From assembly GCF_009914755.1 (NCBI RefSeq), contig NC_060932.1: a DNA stretch of 64,000 bases. One strand, written 5' to 3'. This document shows positions 14,569 to 28,304 of this stretch, one piece after another. How positions within the stretch are numbered: position 1 is the stretch's first letter; every line of letters begins with the position of its first letter. Under the pieces are notes generated by a model, which saw only the letters and a list, made by a program, of their open reading frames with translations, ran no database searches and had not been told where the DNA came from. Source of the DNA: the human T2T-CHM13v2.0 reference genome, Homo sapiens. The position numbers were made by a program, and so were the translations under genes.

Positions 14569-15010
14569 ATATTTGTGTGTTTATATAACTAGATGAGGCA
14601 TAAGAGAGATAGTCTACTGAAATTTCTGATATATGACATATATAAGGACCTATATTATGAGAAATATATATAAATATATAAATATAAATAATATATATAA
14701 AAGGAAGTATACTATGAGAAATTTCAATAGACTGTCTCTCTTATGTCCCTATATATTTACTTCTCTATTTAAAGTTCTTATGTTGGCCCTTCCTGCTTAA
14801 CAGGAAGAAATATATAAGTATATATATATTTGCTTTTCCACATCTTTTAATAATAATGTGAGCTTAGCATCATACCTGGTTATGCCTTCATTTTATTGGC
14901 ATATTAGAAAAAGAAACATTGTTGTACTTACTTTTGGAATAGTCTGATAAACATCCTAGGGAAAAGTGGTGGCGCATTAACATAGGAGCAATCGACAATG
15001 CCCTTCAGCC

Positions 15011-15470
15011 TAGTGCTTCTCAACTGGGGGTTACGTTGCTCCTTCCCCCTTTCCCCAGAGGACATGAGCAATGTCTGGAGACATTTTTAATTGTCACAAC
15101 TGGATATGTTTATGTATGTACGTGTAATATCATCTAGTATGTGGGCCCCCACAATAAAGAATTATACACTTTGGGAGACTGAGGCAGGCGGATCACAAGG
15201 TCAGGAGTTTGAGACCAGCCTGGCCAATATGGTGAAACCCCATCTGTACTAAAAATAGAAACTTGGCCGGGCATAGTAGTGCATGCCTGTAATCTCAGCT
15301 ACTCAGGAGGCTGAGGTAGAAGAATTGCTTGAACCCAGGAGGCAGAGGTTGCAGTGAACCAGGTCACACCACTGCACTCCAGCCTGGGCGACAGAGCAAG
15401 ACTGCGTCTCAAAAAAACCCCGAATTATCTAGCCCAAAATGTCAATAGTACTGATGTTTAAAAAAAATCT
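15011..15470. mobile_element. MER20-like hAT element interrupted by a 5'-truncated Alu (~15166-15417, +)
   Basis: ttctcaactggggg...caatgtctggagacattttt...gcccaaaatgtcaatagt, with gaattat duplicated around the Alu. Confidence 0.75.
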
Positions 15471-15902
15471 GCTTTATGCTAAACCTGCAGATTCTGAATG
15501 CTGAAGTTTAGAGAGGCGAGGCATGTACACTTGAAAAGTTAAATGTCAACAAATGATGAAATATCAAGATGTAACAAGACATTCAAGGAGATCATGTGTA
15601 ACTTCTCATCTGAATCTGGAATCCAGTAATTGAATTCAACCTACCTACTGTCTGGGCTCTCAGCAGGAAAATACTGCTTTAGGATGCATATATGGAGTAC
15701 TACTTTTGCCTTTAAGTTGTGATTATGATTTTTTAAACAAAAGGGACTTTAAAAAATTCAACATAGTTTCCAGACATTGATATTTCGGATAAATATATTC
15801 TCACTTCCCATTTTAGATACATTTACAATGTTTCTTAATAGAACATGTATGTGTATGCATGTCTAATACATTTAATATGTAATGAAGTAATCATTTGTAG
15901 GC

Positions 15903-16297
<395 letters not shown>

Positions 16298-16354
16298 TGA
16301 TATTCCTGGGTGAAATTATGCTGTTACATCTGATAAGAAAGGAATGGTCACTTA

Positions 16355-16701
<347 letters not shown>

Positions 16702-16838
16702 CGACAACAAAGAAAAAAACTTACTTTGAAGTCCAATCAAATTCTGAATGTTGATGTATGAGTCTACTGAAAAGAGACCATTTTATTAAAATAGTCCCGT
16801 TTTAAAGGTTTTTTTGTCTTATACCACCCCCCAAAAAA

Positions 16839-17484
16839 TAGTCAATTATCATTATCTACAGTAGTCATGTTCTATAAAGTCTCTGTGAACACTGAATTAA
16901 TAAATTCAGTGGAATATAGAATCCCAAGAGGCATACAGCGGTTTCTGTGAGCCTCTGATCACAACATTTTTGTCAGCTGAACAACATATTGTCTTGTTTT
17001 ATGTGTGTTTCTGTTTAAAGACAGTTTATTTCATTTTAAACTCATACCAACAGCACTGCAACTCATGCCTGAACGAAGTTATCTAACTCGTATTTTCTCC
17101 ATAAGGTGCATCACAGTCTTCCAAGGCTTAGAAACACTAAATAATACCTCAACACTATGTTTGGAGGCGATTTCAAATAGCAAAATCACCAACAAGAAGC
17201 ACAAACATGCAGAAAATGTGGCACAAAATAGATCACAAAAAGAACCCTTGATTACAGTATTAGAGTTGAAATAAGAAGAAAGAACATTACTTTGTTTCAT
17301 CTCAGCTGGGAATATGTGCACTGAGAGGCTCAAGTTGCCCATCTGCATTCGTCAGTGAATGACCATGAAAGTCTGGAGTATTGATTTGGGGGATTACAAT
17401 TTGGGGAGTATTGATTTGGGGGCGATTTGTTATCAAGTGGGCAAATTCGCAAATACAGAATCCATGAATAATGAAGATGGATTG
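16839..17484 (+). mobile_element. MER82-like element (copy 2)
   Basis: Homology to copies 1 and 3, ends gaataatgaagatggattgTA. Confidence 0.7.
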
Positions 17485-17599
17485 TATTTAGAAAATACAC
17501 CCATAGAAGACGCTCTAAAGTGAATTAGGTGCAAGTTATGGGAGATACATACATATGGGAGATACATTTATATGTGTGTGTATATATAGATACATATAT

Positions 17600-17895
<296 letters not shown>

Positions 17896-19299
17896 TAATG
17901 GCCCTTAGTAACCGTGGATAAATGTGAGCATTAGCAGTGGATTGAGTCTTTCTCAGTCCTGACTGCTATACCTCCTTAGCTTAGTAATCAGGACTCTACT
18001 TCTAGAAAGGTATGCTTTCAAATGAGCCATATTAAAGGACTCTTCTTTTCGGGAGTGGGTGGCAGCAGTCTGAGGCCAGGAGGTTAGAGTGATTGTTTAA
18101 AGATCACAAAACTAGTTACCGAAAGTTCTAGCAGAATGAAATACACTGGTGTGTTGTTCTTCAAACCCATTTCACCCTCACACCTCTGGCTTTCTTACAT
18201 TACTGCATGGTAGAGATACCAAGGTTTGTGTGATGTTGATAGGAATGAAAACTTGATTGCTAACGATACAAAATGTATCTGTTGAGTGATATTTCTTTAC
18301 TAGTTTGATCTGTACACAACCCCATTTTTGATATTTAATATGCCTCTGTGGAAGGTAAACTACAAAGATTAGTTTGCCTAAAATCACCACTAACAGTTGG
18401 ATTATTTTGACCCTTAGAGCAACCCTCTCAGGCTCTGTCTCTGCCCTCACAGCTCATATCAAAACAAGAATCTTCCAATTTTGCTTGAGATTAATTTCCT
18501 CACTGATATATTGGTGCATCTATGTAGGGAAAAATAATTTGAAGTTTTCTCTTGACACAGTACTGTGATTATACTCCCTCAAGAACTAACAGACTAGCAC
18601 TTTTATTGGCAGATAAAATTATGCCTAATAACACACTTATGACTTGATAAAGGCAGTCTTACTTGAAGCTCATTTCGACTTTGCAGGAATTGGAAGTAAA
18701 ATGATGAAGTATACATTGATTTTTTAAATACACACAACTATTTTATATCTTATTATAAGCAACCAATTGGACTTGGGGTGAGCTGCTGATCTTTGCATTA
18801 TCTAGACAGAGAAACAATCTTTAACATATTTCTGTACTTCTCAGCTATTACTTTAGAAGTACAAATTGTTCATTAAAACAATGAATTACCTCATAGAATT
18901 CAAAGGGAACATTTAATATCTCTTTCAAATTTTAGTAATTCACATTGACCATCCTTCTGGTTAAAAAAAATCCATAGTATTTTGGAACTGGAAGAGACTT
19001 TATGGATTTATGGACTCTAGACTTCTTCTTATAGAGGAAGAAACTTAAAATCTGTAGAACTTAAATATCTTGCCCAAGATCAGCCATCTAATATTAAAAG
19101 TACAGGAGCCAAAGCTAAAATTTATGTTTCTCCTAAAATCAGTCCTGTGTTATTTCTGTCATCATCGTTGCCATGGAGGAAATAAGAAGGTTTCATTAGA
19201 TGTCAAAATTTCATCCTTGTTATATGGTAAACACCAGTGTATACGTGTGTGGGTTTATGTGTGTGCATACACACTGAGATCTAGTTTTGTCTTTTTCAG

Positions 19300-20336
19300 T
19301 CATACATCATTTTTCTACAAAACAAAGAAGAATCAGAGCAATAAAAGAAATGGCCAGGGTCTTAGTTCCCGGAGGCCAACTGATGATTTACGTTTGGGCA
19401 ATGGAACAAAAGAACCGTCGCTTTGAGAAGCAAGACGTGCTTGTTCCATGGAACAGGGCCCTGTGTTCCCAGCTCTTCTCAGAGTCCAGCCAGTCTGGGA
19501 GGAAGAGGCAGTGTGGATACCCAGAAAGAGGCCATCCCTACCATCCTCCTTGCTCTGAGTGTAGCTGTTCTGTTTGTTTTAAAGAGCAGGGTGGTTCAAA
19601 ACGGTCCCACAGCGTGGGCTATGAACCTGCTATGGCAAGAACCTGTTTTGCAAATATTTCTAAGGAAGGCGAGGAAGAATATGGATTTTACAGCACATTA
19701 GGAAAATCGTTTCGTTCCTGGTTTTTCTCCAGATCTTTGGATGAATCGACTCTGAGGAAGCAAATTGAAAGAGTAAGACCCTTGAAAAACACAGAAGTTT
19801 GGGCCAGTAGCACTGTAACAGTCCAGCCTTCCAGACACTCTAGTCTAGACTTTGATCACCAAGAGCCATTTTCAACAAAAGAGCAAAGTTTAGATGAGGA
19901 AGTGTTTGTGGAATCTTCTTCTGGAAAACACTTGGAGTGGCTGAGAGCACCAGGCACTCTGAAACATTTAAATGGAGACCATCAAGGGGAAATGAGGAGA
20001 AATGGAGGGGGAAATTTTCTGGATAGCACTAATACTGGTGTGAATTGTGTGGATGCAGGCAACATAGAAGATGATAATCCTTCTGCTAGTAAAATATTGA
20101 GAAGGATTTCTGCAGTCGATTCCACAGATTTCAACCCAGATGATACAATGTCTGTCGAAGATCCACAGACTGATGTTTTGGACTCCACAGCCTTTATGCG
20201 CTACTACCATGTGTTTCGAGAAGGGGAGCTCTGCAGTCTGCTCAAGGAGAATGTGTCAGAGCTCCGTATCCTGAGTTCTGGGAATGATCATGGTAACTGG
20301 TGTATCATTGCAGAGAAAAAGGGAGGTTGTGATTGA
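19300..20336 (+). CDS. TRMT9B: TRMT9B terminal coding exon (VIHHFST...RYYHVFREGEL...DHGNWCIIAEKKGGCD*)
   Basis: Acceptor ttttgtctttttcAG at 19298-99, TGA at 20334-36. Motifs VIHH, QDVLVPW, RYYHVF, DHGNW are typical of the Trm9 family. The spliced total of 154+174+1037=1365 nt gives 454 aa. Confidence 0.97.
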
Positions 20337-21002
20337 TTGGATCCTTTTAGACAACTCCTCCAAAAGATGAACCACATTCTTTTCTCTTGGTTTGATATGG
20401 TTACCTGAATTTGCATTCAGTGTTATTTGTTAATCCATTTACGCTTTGGTCTGCAGAGACTATTAATTATTTGGTTGTTTTTGTTTTCATGTTTGAATAA
20501 GCACAGATTCTGGCATTGAAAGCACTTGACAAAGGGTATTTGTGCTTAAATGTTAATATAAAAGATCTGAAGAAGCAACAGAAAGTACCCTTCAGTACAC
20601 CTCAGACTTTTTTTTAACCCCAGAGAGATAAAATACATGTATAGTGTTTTTCAGTATTACACATTGATTTAAAAAGATTATGCTGTTAAATAATCTTTTA
20701 AAACGGTATTTTTATAAAGTGAGGGGATAATTTCTGGTTCTCAGGTTATAACTGAGAGCAGTGTGCAAGATAATAGGTAAATTTGATCCATTGCACAGAT
20801 ATACTTTGAACCATGTGATGAGTTATCTTGTTGCCAAGGCCTTGCTTCTACTTAAAGTTTTCAGAAAACTGAGTGACAGTGGAGAGAACCAAGAAGTTTT
20901 ACAAGGACTTTACTAAATTATAAGCAAACTTGCTTCAAAATAAGTTGACATGTGATAATAAGGTTTTCAATGTAGCCCAGGAGGTTTTTAAAGGCACTGT
21001 TA

Positions 21003-21300
21003 GGCTGAGCATGGTGGCTCATGCCTGTAATCCCAGCACTTTGGGAGGCCAAGGCAGAAGCATCACTTGAACCCAGGAGTTCAAGAATAGCCTGGGCAAC
21101 ATAGCAAGACCCCATCTCTATAAAAATTAGCAAGATGTGGTGGTGCATGCCTGTCATCCAAGCTACTCAAGAGACTGAGGCAGGAGGATCACGTGAGCCC
21201 AGGAATTCAAGGCTGCAGTGAACTATGATTGCATCACTGCACTGCAGCCTGGGCAACATAGCAAGACTCTGTCTCAAAATAATAATAATAATAATAATAA
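21003..21300 (+). mobile_element. AluJ in the 3'UTR with (AAT)n tail
   Basis: Alu consensus. Confidence 0.92.
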
Positions 21301-22309
21301 AGGCATTGTTAGCTTGTAAGGAGTGGAGTATGTAGGTAGTAGGAGTTATATGCAAGTACCCAAGTGGTATTCTTCCAATCTTATTAGAAGCATGAATATT
21401 CAAGATTGATATTACTATTGCTTATTAGCAAGATTGTTATCAATCATGCTTATTAGAAGGATGAATATCCAAGACCAAGATTGACTAATGATGAGTCTGC
21501 ATCAAGAACTAGGCATTTCTTCTGAGTTGACGGACTCTTTAGGAAAGGAGAATCTAAGTGAAGCACTGATTTTAGCTCTGAGAACAAACAAATTAAGGTA
21601 CAGCATAGTTAGCCTTGGTAGAGGTATGACTTGGATTTGCTGTATCCTTTAAAATAGTATCTGGGCATTTATTTTATTGAAGGTGACTACATTTTATTAG
21701 TTATATTAGGAATTTAGGTAGAATCAACTTCTACTGATTACAGGTTGAATTTCTGTCACTTTGTAGAGAAACGAATAGACTGGACACTGTGTGGTCACTG
21801 TTTAGATTTGCCCATGGGTCTGTTTAAATCTATGTCATGGATCCTGAGACACAAATATAATTAAGACAGGTCTAGAGACAGGAGAAGCAGAAATAAGTTG
21901 ACCCAGGAGTACAGTCTCAAGTAGTTCATTAATGAGAAAATTGACATCTGACAAGAGTCTTTTTACTTTATGCTGGATGAAAATCCAAATCTTGTTTTAT
22001 TTTTTCCACTAAAAGTGACTAAAATAATAACGAATTTCATTTGTTCTTGGGTTCTTTTTTCCTTTAATGATTGTGCTATAACTTAAAATAATGATGTTAC
22101 TTTTGAACAAACTTAAAGAAATATTTTTAAAGCGTATCTGAAAACGATTGATGTTTATAACTCTCTTTTGGCTTCAAAATAAGATTGTGTTATCACCATT
22201 TTGGTAGATGAGGTTGTCTGGTGAAAATGATGCATATGAGTTGTACTGTTCAGTGTACATCCTGCAGTAGTGGATGATTGAAAACATATATAAGTGGAGT
22301 ATAAATTAA

Positions 22310-22640
<331 letters not shown>

Positions 22641-23037
22641 TGTTCCTTTTATTTCTTAATTCAGGACACTAAACCATGACTGCAAGGGATTTTCTTGGTA
22701 AAAAGAAAAGATTCTCAGAGTCAAAATGTTCTTACAACTCGGGCTTGACGGCCTTTGAATTATGAATGGATTGTTCCTCTCTCTGAAGCCTATTGTCACA
22801 TGGGTTTTTAATCCTGGCCTTGCTGCTAGAAATCTGTGCTTGAAGTCCTCTCTTTCTGCTGGTAGCCTACCAGTTAAAAGTCAAGACTTGGTGGAACTCA
22901 GTTTACCAGACTCTTTAGCCTTTGAGCTAAACTGTCTGAGCAACCTCTTAGATGTGCACACACCACTTTGTATGAAAGGGTTCTCTAGAACGGTTCTTTG
23001 GAGAGAAATATTTTCATGTACGTTTGACAGGGGTGTA

Positions 23038-23043
23038 AATAAA
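23038..23043 (+). terminator. Candidate proximal poly(A) signal AATAAA overlapping a Pumilio element (TGTAAATA 23034-23041)
   Basis: Sequence gggTGTAAATAAAgc, with an upstream TGTA. Confidence 0.45.
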
Positions 23044-23536
23044 GCATGCTGACTAATAAGTCTTTTACTCTTCATCTAATGAACATAAGAATCTATGCAT
23101 CCAGATATTATTTTGTATACAAATATTTAATTTGGTGATTGATAATCTCTCTTTGGGGTAGTCACATGGAAAGCTCTTTTAAATTTAACTTCCGCCTTTG
23201 GATTTTTTTTAAAAAGCCATTGAAGAGCAAAACTAATGTAAACGTCTTGATCATTTAAAAAGCTTGCTTGTCCTCGAAAGGAAACACAGGTCATCAGTGA
23301 GTATAAACGTAGACAGTTGATTTGTGAATGCTGTCGGCCTCAACTTGCTTGATGATAGATTCTACTGACCTAGCTGGAGTAATCTGATCACTTACTTCCT
23401 TATTAATACTAGATCACACAGTGTCTTTCTTATTCCTTCTTCTTTACTTACTGGCATCAGCACAGAGTCCCACTATCTGAAATAGAAGGGAGAGTTTGGG
23501 GGTTTATTGGAGGAGTCTTAAAAACTTGGTTGGCAG

Positions 23537-23881
<345 letters not shown>

Positions 23882-24562
23882 TCAAAGGATTTGGGGGAAA
23901 GCGCATTAACATGGACAAAGGATGGAATCAAAATAATGTTATAGTGAGAATCATTCAAGCACCTATTTAAATTTTTTCCAATTGCCAGTATAGTGATGAT
24001 ATGACACCAGCATATCAAAGTAACTAACAAACTAGCTACACAAACGTCTTGGAGTTTGGTTTCGTTCTCTTTTCTCATCATAGATCTCCGTGCAGAATAG
24101 TGCTAATTCTTATTTCTCGTTTGCCTTTCTATTTCCTTCCAAATTCTACATGCCAGTAATTCCTCTGTCTTTTAAGTGACCATCAATTCAATAGGCAAAA
24201 ATTTGGAGTAATCCAGAGAAAAAACCATCCAAATATAAACCAGCTAGGAACATGAATGCCCCTGATTATTAATGGCCAAAAAAAAAGCACTGGTGGATTT
24301 TAAATTAAATTAATACATATATACGAGTTTGGAGGAGAACAGAAGTTCTAACTCAGTACTTGAACTTGGTGGGGGAGGGCACAGGTTAAATATGAGCTGT
24401 GAGCCCCCAGTTTTGGAGGAAGGAGGAAATGGGAACCAACCACCAGACAAGCAGCTGCAGTCTAAGAAAAACAAATTAGGGCAGGCCTCAGCATCTCTTT
24501 CCTATTACATAGAAAATCTGAAATGAGAATAGCTGTGAACTTTTCTAAATATGCAACATTCA

Positions 24563-24676
24563 ACTATCGCAAGGACAAAAAACCAAACACCGCATGTTCT
24601 CACTCATAGGTGGGAATTGAACAATGAGAACACATGGACACAGGAAGGGGAACATCACACACTGGGACCTGTTGTG
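24563..24676 (+). mobile_element. L1PA ORF2-end/3'UTR fragment (5' half of chimera)
   Basis: actatcgcaaggacaaaaaaccaaacaccgcatgttctcactcataggtgggaattgaacaatgagaacacatggacacaggaagggg, a near-perfect young L1PA match. Confidence 0.95.
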
Positions 24677-24873
24677 ACCCCGCTGAGGGAGTTCCTCTTG
24701 CCCTCTACCCCCGGGGCTTGTATATAGATTATAAATATATAAGGGGGAAAGGGGTGGGGGGGAGGGGTTGTGCGGCTGGGGCCTCACTTCCCCTCCTTCC
24801 CCTTCTCCTGGTCCCCTGTCCCAGGGGCTGTTTGTTAAAAAAGAGTAATAAAGGATTTTTGTTTTTAAAAAAA
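24677..24873 (+). pseudogene. Retrocopied mRNA 3' end, probably PRRC2A (last codons, stop and 3'UTR) with short A tail
   Basis: A CCC CGC TGA gggagttcctcttgcc...gtttgttaaaaaagagtAATAAAggattt matches my recollection of the PRRC2A/BAT2 mRNA end (...PPPR*). Source gene not verified by search. Confidence 0.75.
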
Positions 24874-24884
24874 GCAACGTTCAT

Positions 24885-25085
24885 TAATTTATATGCAGTC
24901 CTCACCACAGCCCTCCAAGATAAGTATACTTATTGTTCCCATTTTGCAGATGAGGAAAACTGAGGCAGAAAGAAATTAAATTGCTTAAGGTTACACACAT
25001 AGTAGGTATCACACATTTAGTTAGAGGCAGAGCTGGGATTCAAACCCAGGTCTGGCTCCTAGTCTCTGCTCTTAACCACAACACC
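24885..25085 (-). mobile_element. MIR
   Basis: cccattttgcagatgaggaaaactgaggcaga...ggattcaaacccaggtctggctcc. Confidence 0.85.
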
Positions 25086-26852
25086 ATATACTCCCACCCC
25101 TGGGCCCAGCTCATGTGCTTGGCGGAGTATTAGAGCCTTTCAAGGTAAGTGTGATTATCCCCTTTCCAAATGAGCTTTGGAAAAGTTTAAGCAAAGATTA
25201 CACAGCTAGACAATAATTCAATAGTAGTCTCTTACATATTTTCCCTTTTATCTTTTTTTCATTTGTAAATCTGTTTCGATTTGATTTGAATTAAAAAATA
25301 GTTCTTGGTTGCAAAATATTCTGGGACCACTTTTCTCCAACTCTTCAACCTTTCAACAATTATATTATTGTTTTCCCATTTTATAAGTAAGGCAACTGAG
25401 GACTATTCAGATATTTCATTCACTCCATTTGTTTACTAAGCCCTGCTGTGTGCTGGATACACAGTCTGCTGTGTGCTGGATACATATGATACAAGGTAAT
25501 GACTATCTGGCATCTTGAAGGTACCCAGAATATTAGAATTAACTGACCCACAGGTGCCAAGCTGAAACATTCTTCGTATTCCCTGTGTGCCTATTACCAA
25601 GTTATATTGTTTAGTTTGAGGAAAACAACAAACAACCCTCCCTTAGAGAATCATGATGCATATTAGCATATTTAAGGAGTACCCTAAAGCTTGGACTTAA
25701 TCTAGCTTGCCCTAGACGTATTAACATCCTATAGCGCACGTGTTCTGTGGGATATATTTCAGAAAATAATATGTCTTACAGAATAAATGCAGACTCCTTT
25801 GGATGGCATTCAGGCCCTTCATAAACTAACTCTGAATTATTTTTCAGTCTCATTTCCTGCAGTTGCACCCGATTTTTTCTGTTCTGCAATCTGCTATTTT
25901 AGACAAAGCTTTCATAAGAAATTACATAATGACAAGTAATTCCCACATTCCCTAGATATATACTTGGATTTCAAATGCCATAATTGTAATCTTTCTCCAA
26001 AGAAAAATGCACGATACAGGCTTCATTCCATCAAGAGGCATATGAGGTAAGCGTTATTATACACCCGTCCAGCAGATGGGAAAACCACGGAAGTGGGAGG
26101 GAATCAGAGAAGCATTAACAGACCCTCCACCAACCGTAATGCTTAACTCCTCTTGTTCCAATCTTAACTCAAAATTATAATTATTTTGATTATTTAATGA
26201 TTGTTTTGATAGTATAAACTCCATATCTGCAACCTCAGTTATCTACAACACTGAAGTGCAAACATTTAAAAAGATCTCTCACCAAACAAGGATTGAAATT
26301 GTATTGCAAATGAAAGAGCTCAGCATGAGAGCACAATCAGAAACTGAAGAGAGTTGATCAAAGAGAAGATTCTAGCTGAATTGTTCTATTTTTAATTCCC
26401 CAGGGATCCTACGGTCTATGACACATTAACAGGGGTGTGAATCATTTCAGTTACATCACATACTCTGTCCTCTTGCGGTGCGGGTCTTCCCCAGTTGATT
26501 ATACACAGATAATCAATGACTTTATTTGGGAGGGATTGGAGCTATAGAATAATCTATCTTACCAATCTGATGGACCATTTGTAAGAGCTGTTTGTCAAAT
26601 TGGATCTTCATTTGACAAATAAATACTAGAGCTGCAGAAAGTAAAGTTTACTCCAACCCAATTAATCATTAATACATCCACAGGAAAAATACATTTTCTC
26701 CACATGGAATATTGATTTTTCTATGAATATTACCTCCACATTGAAAAACGAGTGAGTCACTGCAGTTAAGCCAGTGTACCTTGATGTTGAATTCCCTGAA
26801 GAAGGTACAATTATATTTACATTCCCTTAGCAAGAATTTGGCTAAGTGATAA

Positions 26853-27126
<274 letters not shown>

Positions 27127-27485
27127 TTACGAGCTAATCATACCACTTCTAACTAGATTTTCTATTAATGTACAAGGAGGGACTCCACTACTAAAGTTTG
27201 TTTTACTTCTCTGGTTATTTACACAAAACGCTGGCAATACATTAAGGCTCACTAATGTGGACCTAAGTGAGTTTCTGAGAGGCTTTGAATATGTATGTGC
27301 AAACTGTCCTATTTTCTTTATATGCTCTCTTAAATATGTATGTCTGTAAATATATATATAACACACATATATATATATTCCTAGACATCTAGTGTTTGCT
27401 GTCATTAGTGACCAAGAAAAAGTAGTTCTTTTGTGCACGCGTGAATACATCAAATTAGCAATTACCATAGAAATGTATTTCATTG

Positions 27486-27491
27486 AATAAA
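27486..27491 (+). terminator. Candidate poly(A) signal followed by a (TTTG)n GU-rich tract
   Basis: AATAAA followed by ttttgtttgtttgtttgtttg. Confidence 0.45.
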
Positions 27492-28062
27492 TAGCTTTTG
27501 TTTGTTTGTTTGTTTGTTTCAGGGAAATTTAGAACAATTATTAGATGTTATTGTGCCTCTTCTCGTGTTGATACGTGTATTTGGGTCAAAAGTGCAAAAA
27601 CTTTTTTCTACAATGTACAGTTATTTTGACTTTTCCCAGGGGAAGCTAGCAATAGTTTTAAAAGCACAAAGTGATGTAAAATATTTTGACTTTTATAATA
27701 ATGCGAAGTAGTTTTATTTGCATTAATCAATAATGTTCAGGATCTTTTTGTAGTAAGTATATTTTAAATGGTGTAATTTGTGTGTTTATGATATGTATTC
27801 AATTATTTAAGTTAAGTATCAGTGTATTTTTAAAAAGTGTTCCCAGGTGAACAAAAGTTTGCTTTTCTTCACCATTCTGTACAGGACAAGCATTATTCAG
27901 TTCACATAGTCAGCTCTCACTACACTTCAACAGAACGGGGCAAGTTCGTATTTGAATTCTGTTATATTTATCTAAGGGAAGCAAAATTAACCTTTTAATA
28001 ATAGATTATCTTTAATGGTTATTAAAAGAATGTTATTGACCAAAAAGACATATTTTGAGATT

Positions 28063-28068
28063 AATAAA
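28063..28068 (+). terminator. Candidate distal poly(A) signal
   Basis: AATAAA at the end of the AT-rich block, with ATTAAA at 28021 and GT-rich sequence downstream. Confidence 0.6.
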
Positions 28069-28290
28069 GATGTATTAGATTATCCAAAAGTGGATGTGTG
28101 CAAATGTGGTCCTAATCTAGAAATGATGTCATTTTTGTATGTTGCTTGGGAGGTAGGGAAGTTTGTTCTCTTTCCTGACCTGCTCCATCTGCAGCTTGTC
28201 AGCTCATTACCAGCATGGGGGTGTGAAGCAAGGGAGGATTTGTGCCCACCCTGCTGTGGCTCTCATGCCACTCAGAGGGGATGCAATCTT

Positions 28291-28304
28291 GCAGCAGATG
28301 GTGC
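28291..28304 (+). promoter_or_regulatory. CTCF-like motif just downstream of the distal poly(A) signal
   Basis: GCAGCAGATGGTGC compared with core CCASYAGRKGGCRS. Confidence 0.35.

Noticed and set aside
24560-24963. 105-aa and 109-aa ORFs across the L1-mRNA chimera
   Set aside because: They read through L1 UTR, foreign UTR and MIR sequence with no coding signature.
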